Positions 35,712-48,722 of a DNA stretch of 64,000 nt are shown piece by piece. The notes beneath the pieces are model-generated. The model made no database searches. It was given only the letters and a program-made list of their open reading frames with translations, and had not been told where the DNA came from. Position 1 is the first letter of the stretch. The number at the start of each line of letters is the position of its first letter. Origin of the DNA: Takakia lepidozioides (taxonomy: Eukaryota > Plantae > Bryophyta); the NCBI GenBank assembly GCA_030704615.1, contig CM060733.1, forward strand, positions 67,952,001-68,016,000, in the 5' to 3' direction. The position numbers and the translations under genes are program-made.

Positions 35712-36515
35712 GACAAATTACTGAATGACATATTTGATGCATGCACACATTGAAGGTTGTTGTTTGCATTTCGCTTATAATAAGTTGTATGGTTGCAAGG
35801 ACACATTATAATATATGCCCTTTCGGGGGGCGTCATACTTTCTATTTTTAAATGCCCGTATGTTCATTTGTTCATATCAGGACTTTGTCCCTCCCTTCCC
35901 AGTCCTTTCTCTTGGCACCCCATCCAAAAACAACCCAAGGACATCAGGTGGGAGCCGTGGGCGAGACGCCGCCCCCACGACACCGAACGATGATGACGAT
36001 GACAGTGACAGTGACAGTGACAACAACAATGAGGATGGAATTAACCAGGAGGATGTGCAAGCCATGGAGGATCTCTTAATGCATCATGTGGGCGCTGATG
36101 CATCCCATGGAGAGGAAACCCGGCCAATCGATGATCCTGAAATGGCCCCCTCAAATGACATGGAGAGGGAGGCGAGAACTCCCTTGTACGAAGGGGCGAA
36201 AGTGAGTCGACTTTCAACAATTGCGTGGTATTTTTTTCCCTTGGACATCATCCTGATATTGGTCTTTCTTGCACTTTGGACACTTGGTTAGACGCGAATC
36301 ATCTCCGTGGTATAGGGTTTCATCACATGGACATGCATGAAAAATCTTATAGCCCATCCCCAAAGAGTCCAAGACTTCGCGCGCCTCTTTCCGCGACCGT
36401 GGCATCTTGGGTTTCAAGTGTGGAGCAAGGATATAGTCCGCAATTTAGTTCGCATTATGGCAGACATCCCAACATTACTTATGCCAAATCAAATTTGAAG
36501 ATTGAGCAAAAGTAA
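35712..36515. mobile_element. Rearranged fragments of the same CACTA family as 10034-17400
   Basis: 35712-36220 is the reverse complement of ~13768-14230; 36221-36515 is a direct copy of ~13473-13765 (IFHACPCDETLY..CPKC). Confidence 0.9.
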
Positions 36516-39500
36516 GCCGCTCGCTTCTGCTTCAAGGATACTTAATTAGGGATCTTTTTTACTCTTACCTTGCTTTCTGGTCCTTCTGGCAACCAAGCTT
36601 ACTGGTTAAAGAGTTAAGGCATAACTTGGCCTCCTAGAATACATACATGGCTATTTTTTTTATTTTTTTTTCTGGCAAAGCTGCAATTGTAGCAGTTTTT
36701 GGATTTGGCTACACTTTGACAAGGCTCTAGTTTGCCCACTCCAAGCATAATTATGCTGTGTGAAGGGTCAAACAGTTGTGATCAAGCAGCAATAGTTTAA
36801 AGACTGTTGAATGATATGTATGCTCAGCCTTTTAGAGATTACAAACATTCTTTTGGGCTCCCTAAAAGCTGTCGAGTTTTGGCCTGATATCAGGCAAGTA
36901 CCCTTTGGGTTTGTTTTGACTTAGACTTCATGATGATAGGGCCCTGGCACAGTATGTCCAGGCCTGGATCAACATATGAGCAGTCCCAACAAATCTGTTT
37001 GTCCATCTTTGCTTAATAAACTGCTATGCAGGGAATCTGAGAAAGCTTTTATAGAATGCAGACTCTTTGAAAGCCCCCAGTGGCTATTGAGAAATATGGC
37101 CTGCCAACTGGTACCTTTGAGCACGTTTTTTGTTTTGGCAATGTGCTGATAAAGCCTTGCAGCAACACTTTAAGGCCTGGTCTAGTCCCTGATAATTCAA
37201 GCTGTTGTGTTTGTAACTTGGTATCAGTTCCAACAGCTCTCTCTCTCTCTCTTTTTCTGCTTAGTAAACTACTCTACAGGGTATCTGAGAAGGCTGTTGT
37301 AAAAAACAATTTTCTTTGAAAGCCCTTTGTGGCTCTTGAGGAATGTGACCTGCTGCTAGTTGATATCTGTTGAGCATGCCTTTAATTCTGGCAGGGTGCT
37401 GATTTGGACTTCACAAAGTTTTAAGGCCCTGTCTTGCTTTTGATAAGTCAAACAGACCTGTTTATAGCTTGATGGCAGGCTGGTTTTTAATGTGATTGTT
37501 TTTCACTGTGGCATGGGGTTGATAGTGCTTTGAAACAACACATCAAGACTTGATGTTCTCTTTCTTAATGCCCATACAACCCTATGTATGTTTTTGTTAC
37601 TTAGAAACTACTATGCAAGTGTTTAAGCATGGTGTAATAAATCAGTCACATTTATATTGGTTGTAAGTTGGTTCTGGAGTGATATCTCCAGGCTTAATTT
37701 CTGTTCCGTGGCATGTTTACACCTGTCCGACTGATGGGTGGTGGACTTTCTTTAAAAGAAAATAGGTTTATGACCATGTTGCATGCCTTACAATCCCCAC
37801 CCTCCCACCCAGAGGTTTCAGATACGCTGAAATCTTCAGAGGTTAATCAAATCAGAAGCTGAGTTTGGAAGAAGTTGTTAGATAGTATCTTCTATGAAGG
37901 TTGCTCTGTCTTTTTCTTGACAATGACTTTATAAGTCTTGTCTATGTCTTGACATGACATAGTATCTTCCCTCTCTAGTTTGTTTTTTTTTGTGAGCAGC
38001 ACAAAAGAGAGGTAGGGTTTGTCTTGTCAAGACATGATACTGACAATACAGCCTTGCAAAGCAAGGCACCATCACAAGATTTCTAAGTTCATGAACTCGG
38101 AAAGAGTTTGGAAAGTAAGAGTAATGTTTCATTATGGGAAGAGTCTGAAAAAGTTGATAAACAAGTATCCTGTAAGTGTTTCCACACCACAGCAAGCCAA
38201 AGCAAATATTGACCAAACTAAATTAGCCCAGTCAAAATATAATGAAACTCCAGGCCATTGTTTTCTTATTGAATCCGTTCTTATTGAATTGCTTATATAA
38301 TTGCTTTATATAAGCAGGTCATAACGTTTTAGGTAGAAATAGGTATACCAGAGTATTCAATCAGCATGGATCGGATCTGGATCATGTGTTGTGTATGAAA
38401 TCTGTAGGTATGTCATTTACAGGCCTAACATATCTCTTTGCTTATCCAAAACATTCCAGGGGAATACTGTTATAAAGGAACCAGCCTTGTGGTTGTGTCA
38501 ACTCATCTCAAGACATGATGTAAAAAACCATTCCAGAACTTAATGTCTTAGTGAGCCCAAGAAAACTTGTAATGCCAAGTCATGTCAGAAAAAACAATCA
38601 GACATTGCAGTATGATAATCCTACATCTTAAGCATCTTTGCAAAGTACCCTATTGTCCCAACCAGACTCCTTGTATGTGGAGAACGGGGTGGGTGGTGGG
38701 GTTTTTTGAAGGGCAATTGAAAAATAGGATGTAGCTCAGTTTAAATCATACTGGTAGAGGTGTAACTTCCCTATCCAATAAACCTACTGTCCTCAAGGCA
38801 GTAGATAGGCCACAGGTTAGTTAACAAGAGCAAGTAGTGATTGCTTTTACAAAATTCATTAATGAGAAAACTATGTCCAGTTTTCTACGCATCAATTTCT
38901 AGATCACATGGCAAAGTTCTGATGCACATTGGTATGAAAATAAGATAGTCAAAGGTAAGGTAGGGCCTTCCTTGCGAGTGTTCAAACACCATAGTGTTTA
39001 TCAGCAGGAAGTTGCAGGTACACACATCCCTTCTGCTCCAAAAGGAGAATGCTAAACTGAAAAGCATTTGAAACCATCTCATTGAGTTAAGAGATACCAG
39101 ACAGATGGAAACCCTCACCTGCACCCGTCCCAAAAATTACCATAGACAACAGTGTGTGGGTTAGTGAGGATGTGCGAGGTGAGTAGCAGGTTTCCATACG
39201 TGCTATAGATGTCGATCTGGTAAACAACACACACCAAAGCAGTTCAAAAAGCCTTAGTTCATCAAGTTGTAAGTCTATGGATTCAGGGTTACCAAGCCAC
39301 TGCAATACAATGCCTTGTCAGGGGGAAAACAGGTGATGAGAAACACACTTGGATTTCGCAAGTAGAGTATAGAATGTGCGGGGAAGGAGACAACAAGGAA
39401 AGAGGCGAGACAAACTGGATGAACAGTAGAAAGGAATGAACGTAAGTAAAGAAGGATGAACGTGGATGAGCGAGGAGAAGGATGAAGGTCTTGGTTCATT

Positions 39501-42174
39501 TCGTGGATCAGGGTGGATGTAGTATGAACATACAACATAGAGGAGATCCATTCATCAAGTGAGACGTTGCTTGAGTGCCATGGCAAGATGGATGAAGCCA
39601 CTGGATGAACAACGGACGAGTAGGGTAGATGAACACAGCTTGGCAGCATGCAAACTATTGATCTAATATAGATCAACGGACGAGGGGACGCCGTCTTGTG
39701 ACACTAAGGCGCATGACTAAGCTTTGAGCTCGTAAGATCTTATCAAGACGTGGATCAGGGCCACATGTCCATAACTTAGTGCTTAGTCAGCAGGCACGAC
39801 CAGGGAAGGCTTAGCTGATTAGTAGATGTTGGGGCAGTGATTAGGGACTTGGGAAAGAAGCGATTTCCAAGGACTGCTGCAGGATACAAGGTATGAGTAA
39901 AGATGTCACTCTTCTGCATTCTGTCTCTTTCAACAATCTGAGAAGCACACTTTCGCTCTCTCTAACTTGTGTAAGGGCATGGCAGGCCCAAAATAACAAA
40001 AACAAGACGAGCTGCAACGAGATGCAATGGCTTAGGAGGAAGAAAAAAGGGCAACCCAAGAAAACAAACGTGCAGCTTACGAGAAAGAAGCAAAACCGCT
40101 CAAGGATGGCATGCAGACTCGCAAGCATAGTCGCATGTAGGAGAAGGAGTGTACACGAACAACGCGGATAGACTCGCACGTAGGAGGAATATGAGTACAT
40201 GAACAACGTGGACTTAATACGAGAAGCAAACCTAGAAAGCAGAAGTGCAGCTTACGAGAAAGAAGCAAAACCGGGACGATGCTCAAGGACGGCAACCAAA
40301 CTCGTATGTAGGAAGATGGGGTACACGCACAAGCCGGGATTTCTCCAGCGGCCTTCTCTAGGTGCTCAAGACGGGCAAAGTAGCCCTAAAGTATATGCTG
40401 CTCTAAACCAGAAGCTAAGACACAAAGAGAAGCTAAGAGGTAACCTACGATACCAGAAGCTAAGATACCAGAAGCAACAAGAGAAGCAAAAAGAGAGCCT
40501 AGAGTGTAACAAGACAAACAAGAGAGCCTACAGTCGAGAAGGGGTAAAAGAGAAATATACAAAGTGGAAAGAGAACTTACCTCGTCTATTTCTCGAGAAC
40601 GAGAACGGCCACCACGCCTCTAACGGCCACCTCCGCAAGTCTGCTCTCCTGACACACTACTACTAGGGTTACATTTGCTTCACAGATCATAACGTCGTTT
40701 TGAAGGGTCACCTTGCTCCATTCTAGGGTAAGCAGAAATAGTATGGTGGTGGGACTCTGGATAAGAGAGGGCAACCCGTGCTTAATATATCATTTCCTCG
40801 AAAATAAATGTGACATTATGTTTATGGTGGATGTGACCTGTGGCACATGTGGTGACTAATGCGGGCAAAAATTATGAAAAAACAAAACAATAGTAAACCA
40901 CTAATATACATTATAAACAATATGTAAATATTAAAAGTGATTAGTAAATATATTCATAAAATATGATTAGTAAATGTGAAAAATAAATAATAGATATTTG
41001 AAATAACAAACAGTTCAACGATAATTTTATATACTATTCCATGAAGGCAAACTTCCTTAAAAAAACATGTACTTCAAAAATCGTCTAAGGACAGACCACA
41101 AACCTGGAGTAAACCAAATAAATCTCGGTTAGAAGAAACAATCTTCTAGGAACCTTCTAAGAATCATGCAAGAGAATAAATCCCCAAGATGCACCTTCGG
41201 CATCCGGAGGTGGCATTTTAGACAATATATATTTATACATTATGATTAATACATGTGGAAATTAAAAAATAAGTATTAAAAAGAAAAGCGAAGTCAACAT
41301 AAATTTGATAAAACATTGCAATAAAAAAAACTCCAAATATGAAGGTACATAGGGCCTACGCGCTCCAGCACACAATAAACCTCCCAAAGTTCAAGACCTT
41401 CGGCATCCGAAGGTGGCAATTTCATCAATATATACTAGAAACATTTCATTAATAAATTTAAAAATTAAGTAGGAAATATTCAAAAATAGGAAATTCAACG
41501 ATAAGTTGATATAATATTTGAATAGCGTGAAACTCTCGATATGGAGGAACACCGGGATTGCACCCTCTGGCACATTAAAGAACTTCAAAATCCAAGACCT
41601 ATTGCATTCGAAGGTTGCCAACCAATCAATACATACAACCAATCTAATATTTATGTGGCTGCAAAATAAGATAAACATCTCAGACCATTTCACATAATTT
41701 AAGAGATAAGATCACCAGTGGGCACATAATTTTACAGATAAGATCAATAGTGGGCGGAATTATATTATCAAACAGGGCATACTTTCAGACCATTTAACCA
41801 TGAGACTCATAGGAAAAACATCAAATGACACATCTCCGTTCAACGAGGGTTGTTTCCATGACTAGGAAGACGGGATTTTCATACCATAGGTAGGAGAAGC
41901 ATGTCATTTGTGTGGAGGTCTTGTGGGTGTGCTTCAGAAAACAATTCTTTCCGGGCTGATTCAGCAATCGCCCTCTCATGCTTGCTACAAAGGTAACATG
42001 TTTGATCTTAGCAAGCGGCACAACCTTGCTGATGGGCTGCTCCCTGCCATCTCTCCATTTGTTTCTCACATGATAAATACCAGATTTCGCACGAGCAATT
42101 TCAACCCTACCAACATCTGGTATAGGTGCTTTGTATGTGCTGATTTGCTGACCCGTTCCCTGACCCTTTGCAAG

Positions 42175-42279
42175 CTCTGTGCATCGTGGACACAACCATT
42201 CTCCACTAGGAACCTCCTCAAGTGGCAGTGTCAAGCATCCCATGTGCCACCCCCTTGAGCATTTGTCACACACCAACAT
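42175..42279 (-). pseudogene. PHD finger, C-terminal two-thirds
   Basis: MLVCDKCSRGWHMGCLTLPLEEVPSGEWLCPRC, highly similar to the PHD at 35084-35227. Confidence 0.9.
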
Positions 42280-42589
42280 GGCCTACAGAGAGGATGAAAG
42301 ACTACTGGGAAGAGAGACTAAAGCAATTCCTAACCCGAGAATGCTCTCATCCCACTACCCTATCTCCACACTCTCTTGCTGGAGCAATAGACAAGAGTAC
42401 CTTTCAAAGGTCTCTCAAATAGGAGCCCTCAAGATGTCTCTCCAACAATCTCACTAAGGCTCCCAAAGCTTGTACAATGGGACTCCAAACAGTACACCAA
42501 GGCCTCAAGAGCCTGCCAAAACTTGGCCCTCCAGGACCCCAAATAATCCCTCATACAAGTCGCCAAAGACTCCTCCAGCTCGCCAAATA

Positions 42590-42770
42590 TTGGCCTCCAA
42601 GGACCCCGATGGTCCTCCAAATAGTCCTCCAAGGACCCCAAATAGTCCTCCAAGGACTCCCAATGGTCCTTCAAATAGTCCTCCAAGGACCCCAAACAGT
42701 CCTCCAAGGACCCCCAATGGCCCTCCAAATGGTCCTCCAAGGACCCCAAACAGTCCTCCAAGGACTCTTC
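42590..42770. repeat. 21-bp minisatellite (GTCCTCCAAGGACCCCAAATA-like)
   Basis: Tandem units read directly; they produce the GGLFGVL and PPRTPNS repeat ORFs. Confidence 0.9.
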
Positions 42771-44210
42771 CTATGTCACTATGTTCCCAAGATTGCCTTG
42801 GCCATTGGGGCTGCACTACATGTTCCTTCCATGATTTCCCTCGGACATGACAGGTCGTAACCTCATACAATCCTCTTCCTGACATGTATGTCTCTTCCAT
42901 GTCAGTCACCAATGACGCCTTGCATGCCAAGAGTCCTGGTTTCCAGAGATAATTCCTTGTGCATTCGTGCACACTCCCACACTTGCAAACAATACAGATC
43001 AAAGTTGTCCCCTCACGGACAGCTGCCTCAAATCCAGCTCTGCTTATGCCTTGGTGGATCTGCCTGGTCTGATCCAGCTGCCCCATAATTCCCATCCTTT
43101 GCACATCACAATAGCTGTACCTCATTTTCAGCTTGCTCCCCTCATAATGCTCATTCCCAGTGAGCTTACTGTAGTTGATTATCAAAGTTGTAAATGAACT
43201 TTGGTACTTCTGTCCACCTTCCTCTCTTATCCCCATTCCATGTTGCTTAGTTTTAGCAACCCTCCTTGTGCACACATCCAATGCGGCAACCAGCAAGCTC
43301 AACCATCCAAAAACCAGGTTGCTCCAATACCAATGTGTGACCTGCACTTCTTTAAACACATCAGGCTGGTGCTCCTCCTCTGATTCCCTGCTCTCTTGGA
43401 ATCCATGTGTGACATTCAAGCCCTCTTCGACATCCTGAATCTCTCTCAGTCCAATGAAACTCCCATTTGCAGTGCTATCAGTAGCCTTTCCTTTATCCAG
43501 GGCTGATGTTCTCTCAACCCACCTTCCTTTTCTCTCAAAATTCCAGCCAACATCCCACACATACAACTTTAGATCTCGCTTGTGTGTACCCAGGTCTTGC
43601 CATTGCCATTCTTCAGCACATATTTATGTTTAGCTTCAATTGGGAATGGTTGCTTTGTATGTTCCTTGCATCCCATGAAGGCTTCCCAACAACTGAGCAT
43701 GGCACCCTGCCTTCCTGGTCTGAGCATTGTGACCAGAGCTTCATCCGTCAGCTCCCCCCACTCTCCTGGTCCTTGATTACGCAGCTGAGATTGGCGTGTG
43801 GTCTTCACCTTGATGGTGGGCAGGTCCTCTATCCAAGTCTCCATGCCTCTTTGCAAGTTGACTGAATCCTTGTGCAGCATGCTCTGTCTGCCCACTCCAA
43901 TGCACCTATTATGTCATCCATTACCCCCAAACATCTGCTGGCAGGATTTTCATACTCACAACTTGCCTCCTGGACAGTAGCTGCAAATGTGACCCTCTTT
44001 TTCCACAATGTTAGGCATGATCCCTACAACTGGCTTGCCCTTTAGCATACCAGTGTTGTACCTCTGGTTGACAGGCTTTCGGTGGCAAGCTTACCTGATG
44101 TGGGAATGAACTCATCTGTGACACTTTCAACCTCACTCATGTCTGCATCTATCTCTTGATCATACCGACCAGACTTTTCCTCTTTTTCAGCTTTATCAGA
44201 TTCAGATGAA

Positions 44211-45347
44211 TCAGACTAACTCGTCTTCAGTGTCCATGTACTCCTCATCCCCTTCTTCTTCAGAGTCAAGATTGCTCTTGGGGTGAACTTCACTCCTGGT
44301 TTTGCTTGGCTGCTCACTGTTCTCCCCATTCCTTCCCTGAACTTCTACTGATTCAACAACAGGGCTATGGACAGGGATCATATTCCTTGGGAGCCTGATT
44401 TCATTCATGCTGTTTTCAGACATCAAGGCTGTCATCTCTGCAAGTACCTCATCCTCGTTATCACAGAACACATCTACATAGTTAGTTCCATGAGTTCCCA
44501 TCACATTCTGCTCAATTTTTCCACCACAATCACTCTCGTTGTGCCCAAGTACCTTGCAGAAAGTGCATCTCACACCACACATCTCCGTGGAATTCCCAAT
44601 CAGGTGATACTTGTCACTCTTCCACTGGGTTCTTCCTTTCGGGTAGTATGCGGCTATGTGACCCTCTTCATGAAAGGTGTTACAAAGGCGAGCACGAGGT
44701 GTTGTCCTAGATCCTGAACTTCCTTCTATGACTGGCCCCCCTTCAAAATACTTCTGCAATGTTGTGTTCAGCTGATAAAGTCTTCTGTCCACAAGATTGA
44801 CAAACCCAATTGACTCATCTGAATCATCTTCTTCCAAAGGCTCTAAAGTTAATTCCCCCAACTTTTCCAAGCCTCTTTCAATTTCAATGGTTGTTTCAAG
44901 TGCCTCCTCCACATCAGTGAAGCGCCTGCCCAGCATCACTCTTGCCATTTCTGGCCTTAAACCCCCTATGAATCTACGTTGCTGCTCCAAGTCAGAAGCC
45001 TTGCTCTTTATAAACAGACGGTTCAACCTATCAAAATAGGTCTGAACCCGCTGCCTACGCTCCTGCTTGATGGCATCTATTTTCAGATTGATTTCTGCCA
45101 TGTCAGTGAGCCCAAACTTTGTAGCTATGGCTGTTCTGAAGTCCACCCAGTTGTCTGGTCTGGGTTTTTGTTTGCGATACCAATCATCAGCCCTAGCTCT
45201 CAGATTCAGCCTTGCTACTTTAAAGGTCTTGTCCTCATTCAGATTTCTGACGTCTGCCTCCATCTGAATCCTTTCCAGCCAGTCACTTACATCCTCACTA
45301 TTACTACCATGATATGGCACAACTATGCTAGTAGGACTAGTCATCAT
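44211..45347 (-). CDS. gag: Retrotransposon gag-like ORF (378 aa) with degenerate zinc knuckles
   Basis: YHG..EDVSDWLERI; LRARADDWY; W.DF..AI..KFG; IKQE..VQTYFDRL; FIGGLRPE; CTFCKVLGHNESDC. Confidence 0.8.
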   Translation of the reverse strand: MMTSPTSIVVPYHGSNSEDVSDWLERIQMEADVRNLNEDKTFKVARLNLRARADDWYRKQKPRPDNWVDFRTAIATKFGLTDMAEINLKIDAIKQERRQRVQTYFDRLNRLFIKSKASDLEQQRRFIGGLRPEMARVMLGRRFTDVEEALETTIEIERGLEKLGELTLEPLEEDDSDESIGFVNLVDRRLYQLNTTLQKYFEGGPVIEGSSGSRTTPRARLCNTFHEEGHIAAYYPKGRTQWKSDKYHLIGNSTEMCGVRCTFCKVLGHNESDCGGKIEQNVMGTHGTNYVDVFCDNEDEVLAEMTALMSENSMNEIRLPRNMIPVHSPVVESVEVQGRNGENSEQPSKTRSEVHPKSNLDSEEEGDEEYMDTEDELV

Positions 45348-45563
45348 GCTGCCCTTTCCAACACTATTCTATCTAACTGTGAGGTTATAGAATGGGTTCA
45401 GCATATGCATTTGTTGAGAGGCGACTGAAGCAAATCAGCACATCCCCAATGCTTTGTTCATCAGGAATCAGGGTATGGTCCCTGCTTGCCATTAACCTTG
45501 CATCTATTTCAACCAAAAATCCTACTCTAAACAGTTCAAACTTAGCACCACAGATTCAGCAAA

Positions 45564-45575
45564 GCTCTGATACCA
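45564..45575 (-). other. Primer-binding site complementary to tRNA-iMet 3' end
   Basis: GCTCTGATACCA on the plus strand, about 220 bp upstream of the gag ORF. Confidence 0.8.
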
Positions 45576-47359
45576 AAAGAAGGGGCATAAATCCCCTTCT
45601 AGTTAACTCCTAAATTGTTCCTTACCCAAATATACACCTACTGTCCTATGACTCACACCACAGGTAATTACTTCTACTCTATTCATGACCAGAGATTGGG
45701 TACCCTCATCCACGCCGCACTGGAAGAGAAGACATGGACGGGGTTGAGAAGTTTCTCTAATTTATAACTTGGCTCATTGGTATTGCATATGCCAGGGTTC
45801 TGTTTCCTGATGTTTCAACACATACATCATCACAAAATCAGGCTAGCCAGCACCCATGAAGGGCAGTCACTTGATAATATTGGCAGGCCAGATCCATGGA
45901 GTACACATCAAGTTTTGTGGTCACTGGTTTACAGCTAGCTCGGGGTTTTCCACACACATAACCTCACTTTGATGATCCACCATTCCTCTTTCAAGTTCTC
46001 TTTTCCCCATCCCTTTGCATCAAGGATGTATGACACTCTCAACCCTCTTAATCCCTTCTTGCAGATACAAGTGGGCTACCTACAATCACTCTTCTCTGTT
46101 GCAGGCCTCAACCCCTACATCCTTCTAGGTATATCATACAATCAGCAGCCAACAAGTTTACTTCCACCTGATTCATTCTCTCTGAAAATGCTACTGCCTA
46201 ACCTAATTATATGCATGTTGCCCTCATTGTAAGTCGTAGACACTTCTTCTTTACTCTCCCTCATTCACATCCTCCTAAAACATGAGACATCCTATGTTAA
46301 GAACTGACTTCTCAACTTCTTACAGCACTCCACATAACTTCTATCTTGCCTCACTTTCTCTAAACCACCAGGTCTGGTGTGAATTCCAGAATTCTCCATT
46401 CCATTTTCCAAAGCCATTTCTCCCCAAGGTCCTCTCTAGCAAAACATCCCTACTCCTAAATTGTCACCAGTAGAAGAAGAAGAGCGATCATTGAACTTAG
46501 CTGCTTTATACCCTCATTCAAGCGGTGGGCATCTAATCGCCAGGAAAAACCCCCTTCATCTCTTCTGTCGGATATCTCATGCGCAAGATACCATCGCATG
46601 TGCTGGTGCTCCCTTAAGACAGATCGTTCAATGTAGGGTGTGTGAAAGCTTCACAGGCCCCCCCAACAATTTATTCTCTGTCAGCCAACCTTCATGATTC
46701 CAGTGGTACTTCAATGCACCATGGCCCTAATAGTAACACTTAACCGCCAACGATACTGCCTGCAGTGGCGTTTCCCAAAACAGAACGCATACGCCAGATT
46801 CCGTGCAATCTTTCACCGCCCTGTCTCAGCAAACCAGTGCCCTAAGTGAGGAATTCACCATTGCAAATGGCTTTGTCTACCCTCTATGACTGCAGCCCTG
46901 TCTTTCTAATACCCCATGGGCTTCACCCTGGATTTTTGAGAGGAGTCAGCCTCCTATAGGCCTGGATGGCAGTCAGGGGATGGCCGACGTGTGCAACTCC
47001 CTGTGACATTCACTGGGGGTGTTGCTGCTGCCAAGCGGGGCAAGATGCCGACACTAGCAGCATTCACAGCTGCAGTGATGTGGCCTGGAGAGTTATTGGA
47101 GGGCAACACTCATGCAGAGAATGTGCCACCTCTAGCAGGGCCTGATGACATGCATGGTACGGTGGAGTTGCATGCCATGGTTGCTCACACTCCATTGTGG
47201 GGCATGAACAAGGATTTGCAGCAAGTTGCGGATCGACGAGTGCAACAAGCCTGGGTAGAGGCTTTTGTACCATCAAGAGAGGAGGAGAGTGCGGTGATTG
47301 CACCAGGACCACCTCAGTTGTTGTCATTGGACACCACAACTATTGTGTGGCAGTATGCG

Positions 47360-48250
47360 GATGAAGGCATCTGCCTTCTGGACTTGTTCAAGGCGGGATC
47401 AGCACTAGATTGACTACAGTGTTACAGGCAGGTGTCCGAGTTCACAGGTACCTGTATGTGGAGAGGGATGAGACTGCACGGCGCGTCTCACTGCGCCATG
47501 TTGCTCAGTTGGTGCAGCAGTATCCTAATTTGTTGCCGGTGTCTGCAGTTCGTGGATACCAGCAGACATTTCCTTGCTCGGGGCGCAAGATTTGGAGCGG
47601 GTTGGCTCCATCCATTTGGTAGTGGTAGGTTGGCCCTGCCAAGGGCATTCATCAGCTGGGCATGACAATGGATTGCAAGACTCAAGGTTGGGTATATTTT
47701 TGGAAATGGTGCGGATTGCGCCATTTACAGCTGCAGCAGGCAGACTCTCCAGCATACATCTTGGAGAATGTGCCACTGATAGGTGATATTCGGGCCAAGG
47801 TGATGGACAATGTGCATCAAGTCCGGTCTTGGCTTGGGTCAGCAGTATTGCTCACGCGTGCATTTGATGGGGTGCAATGACCAGCACACCCGATAGTGGA
47901 TAGTATCTTGGACACGGGGAGGCAGTCTTAGCATGTGAGACACAATGACCGTTCACCTTTGGCAATGGTCAACAAGGTGGGTCAATCACGAACAGCACTA
48001 CCTACACTGCTCAGCTTTCTAGGATCGCATGCTTCCCGGGATACTGGATCTGGCCTCCTGTGGGATGCTCAAATATTGCAGCAGTTAGTGGAGCCCAATG
48101 CTGACGAGTGCGAGCGGGCGATGGGTTTTACCACTGGTATCACGGTGGTGCCATCTCTTTCTGAGGCATCACGTCGTCAGGTGTTGGGACAAACAATGGA
48201 TCTCAATTGCTTGACCTGGATTATCAGCTTGGCTATGGCTGAGCAGTGTA
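47360..48250 (+). pseudogene. C5 DNA methyltransferase domain of copy 2; frameshifted, motif VIII deleted
   Basis: ICLLDLF; YVERD; VVGWPCQGHSSAG; YILENV; PNADECERAMGF; SRRQVLGQTMD. Confidence 0.9.
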
Positions 48251-48722
48251 GAGTGTAAAGTACACTTCCCTTGACGGTCTCTCTGCCTACCGAGACGGTA
48301 CAGGCAGCGAGTAGGGGCGAGCTGGTGAGGATCACGGGGTGTAGGCATCCATGGCACACGTGTGGGAGGTGCTCGAGGTTCAGAGGGAGTTGGCAGCCAA
48401 GGCGGCGGTGATGGATGAGATTTTCAGGTTGAGGAAGTCCTCAAGGATATGATGATGGGGTAGGATGAGGCCTTGTCACTGACACAGCAGACAGTGGTCA
48501 CTGCTCAAGAGGTTGCAGCATAGCAACCACGGGACACGTCTCCTACCTCTAAGTCTGCTGGACTTAAGGTTGCATCTACGGAGGACAACTAGGAGCCTGA
48601 CATTGGACCCATTGTCACCGGAGGAAAGAGACGACGTATACGGCAATTCCTGAGGGCTTATAGGAATTGCTTTGCCTTCAGTTTGAAGGACTTGGGAGCA
48701 TTGAAGGGTCAGGAAATTCGTA

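Larger units (their letters stand above)
41821..45575 (-). mobile_element. Second retroelement family: tRNA-Met PBS, gag, degenerate middle and C-terminal PHD; no recognisable RT or integrase
   Basis: TGGTATCAGAGC at 45575-45564; gag ORF 45347-44211; PHD at 42279-42175. Confidence 0.75.

Noticed and set aside
36520-41800. Genes or a defined TE in the 36.5-41.8 kb interval
   Set aside because: Only short ORFs and degenerate local duplications (e.g. 37031 vs 37278, 40070 vs 40244, 41192 vs 41396); nothing assignable.
42470-43566. Pro-rich and Gly-rich repeat proteins (353-aa ORF and overlapping ORFs)
   Set aside because: The repeats arise from a 21-bp minisatellite open in several frames; no domain recognised.
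45564-45575. Endogenous caulimovirid (tRNA-Met PBS without an obvious LTR)
   Set aside because: The downstream ORF is retrotransposon gag-like; no movement protein or caulimovirid RT seen.
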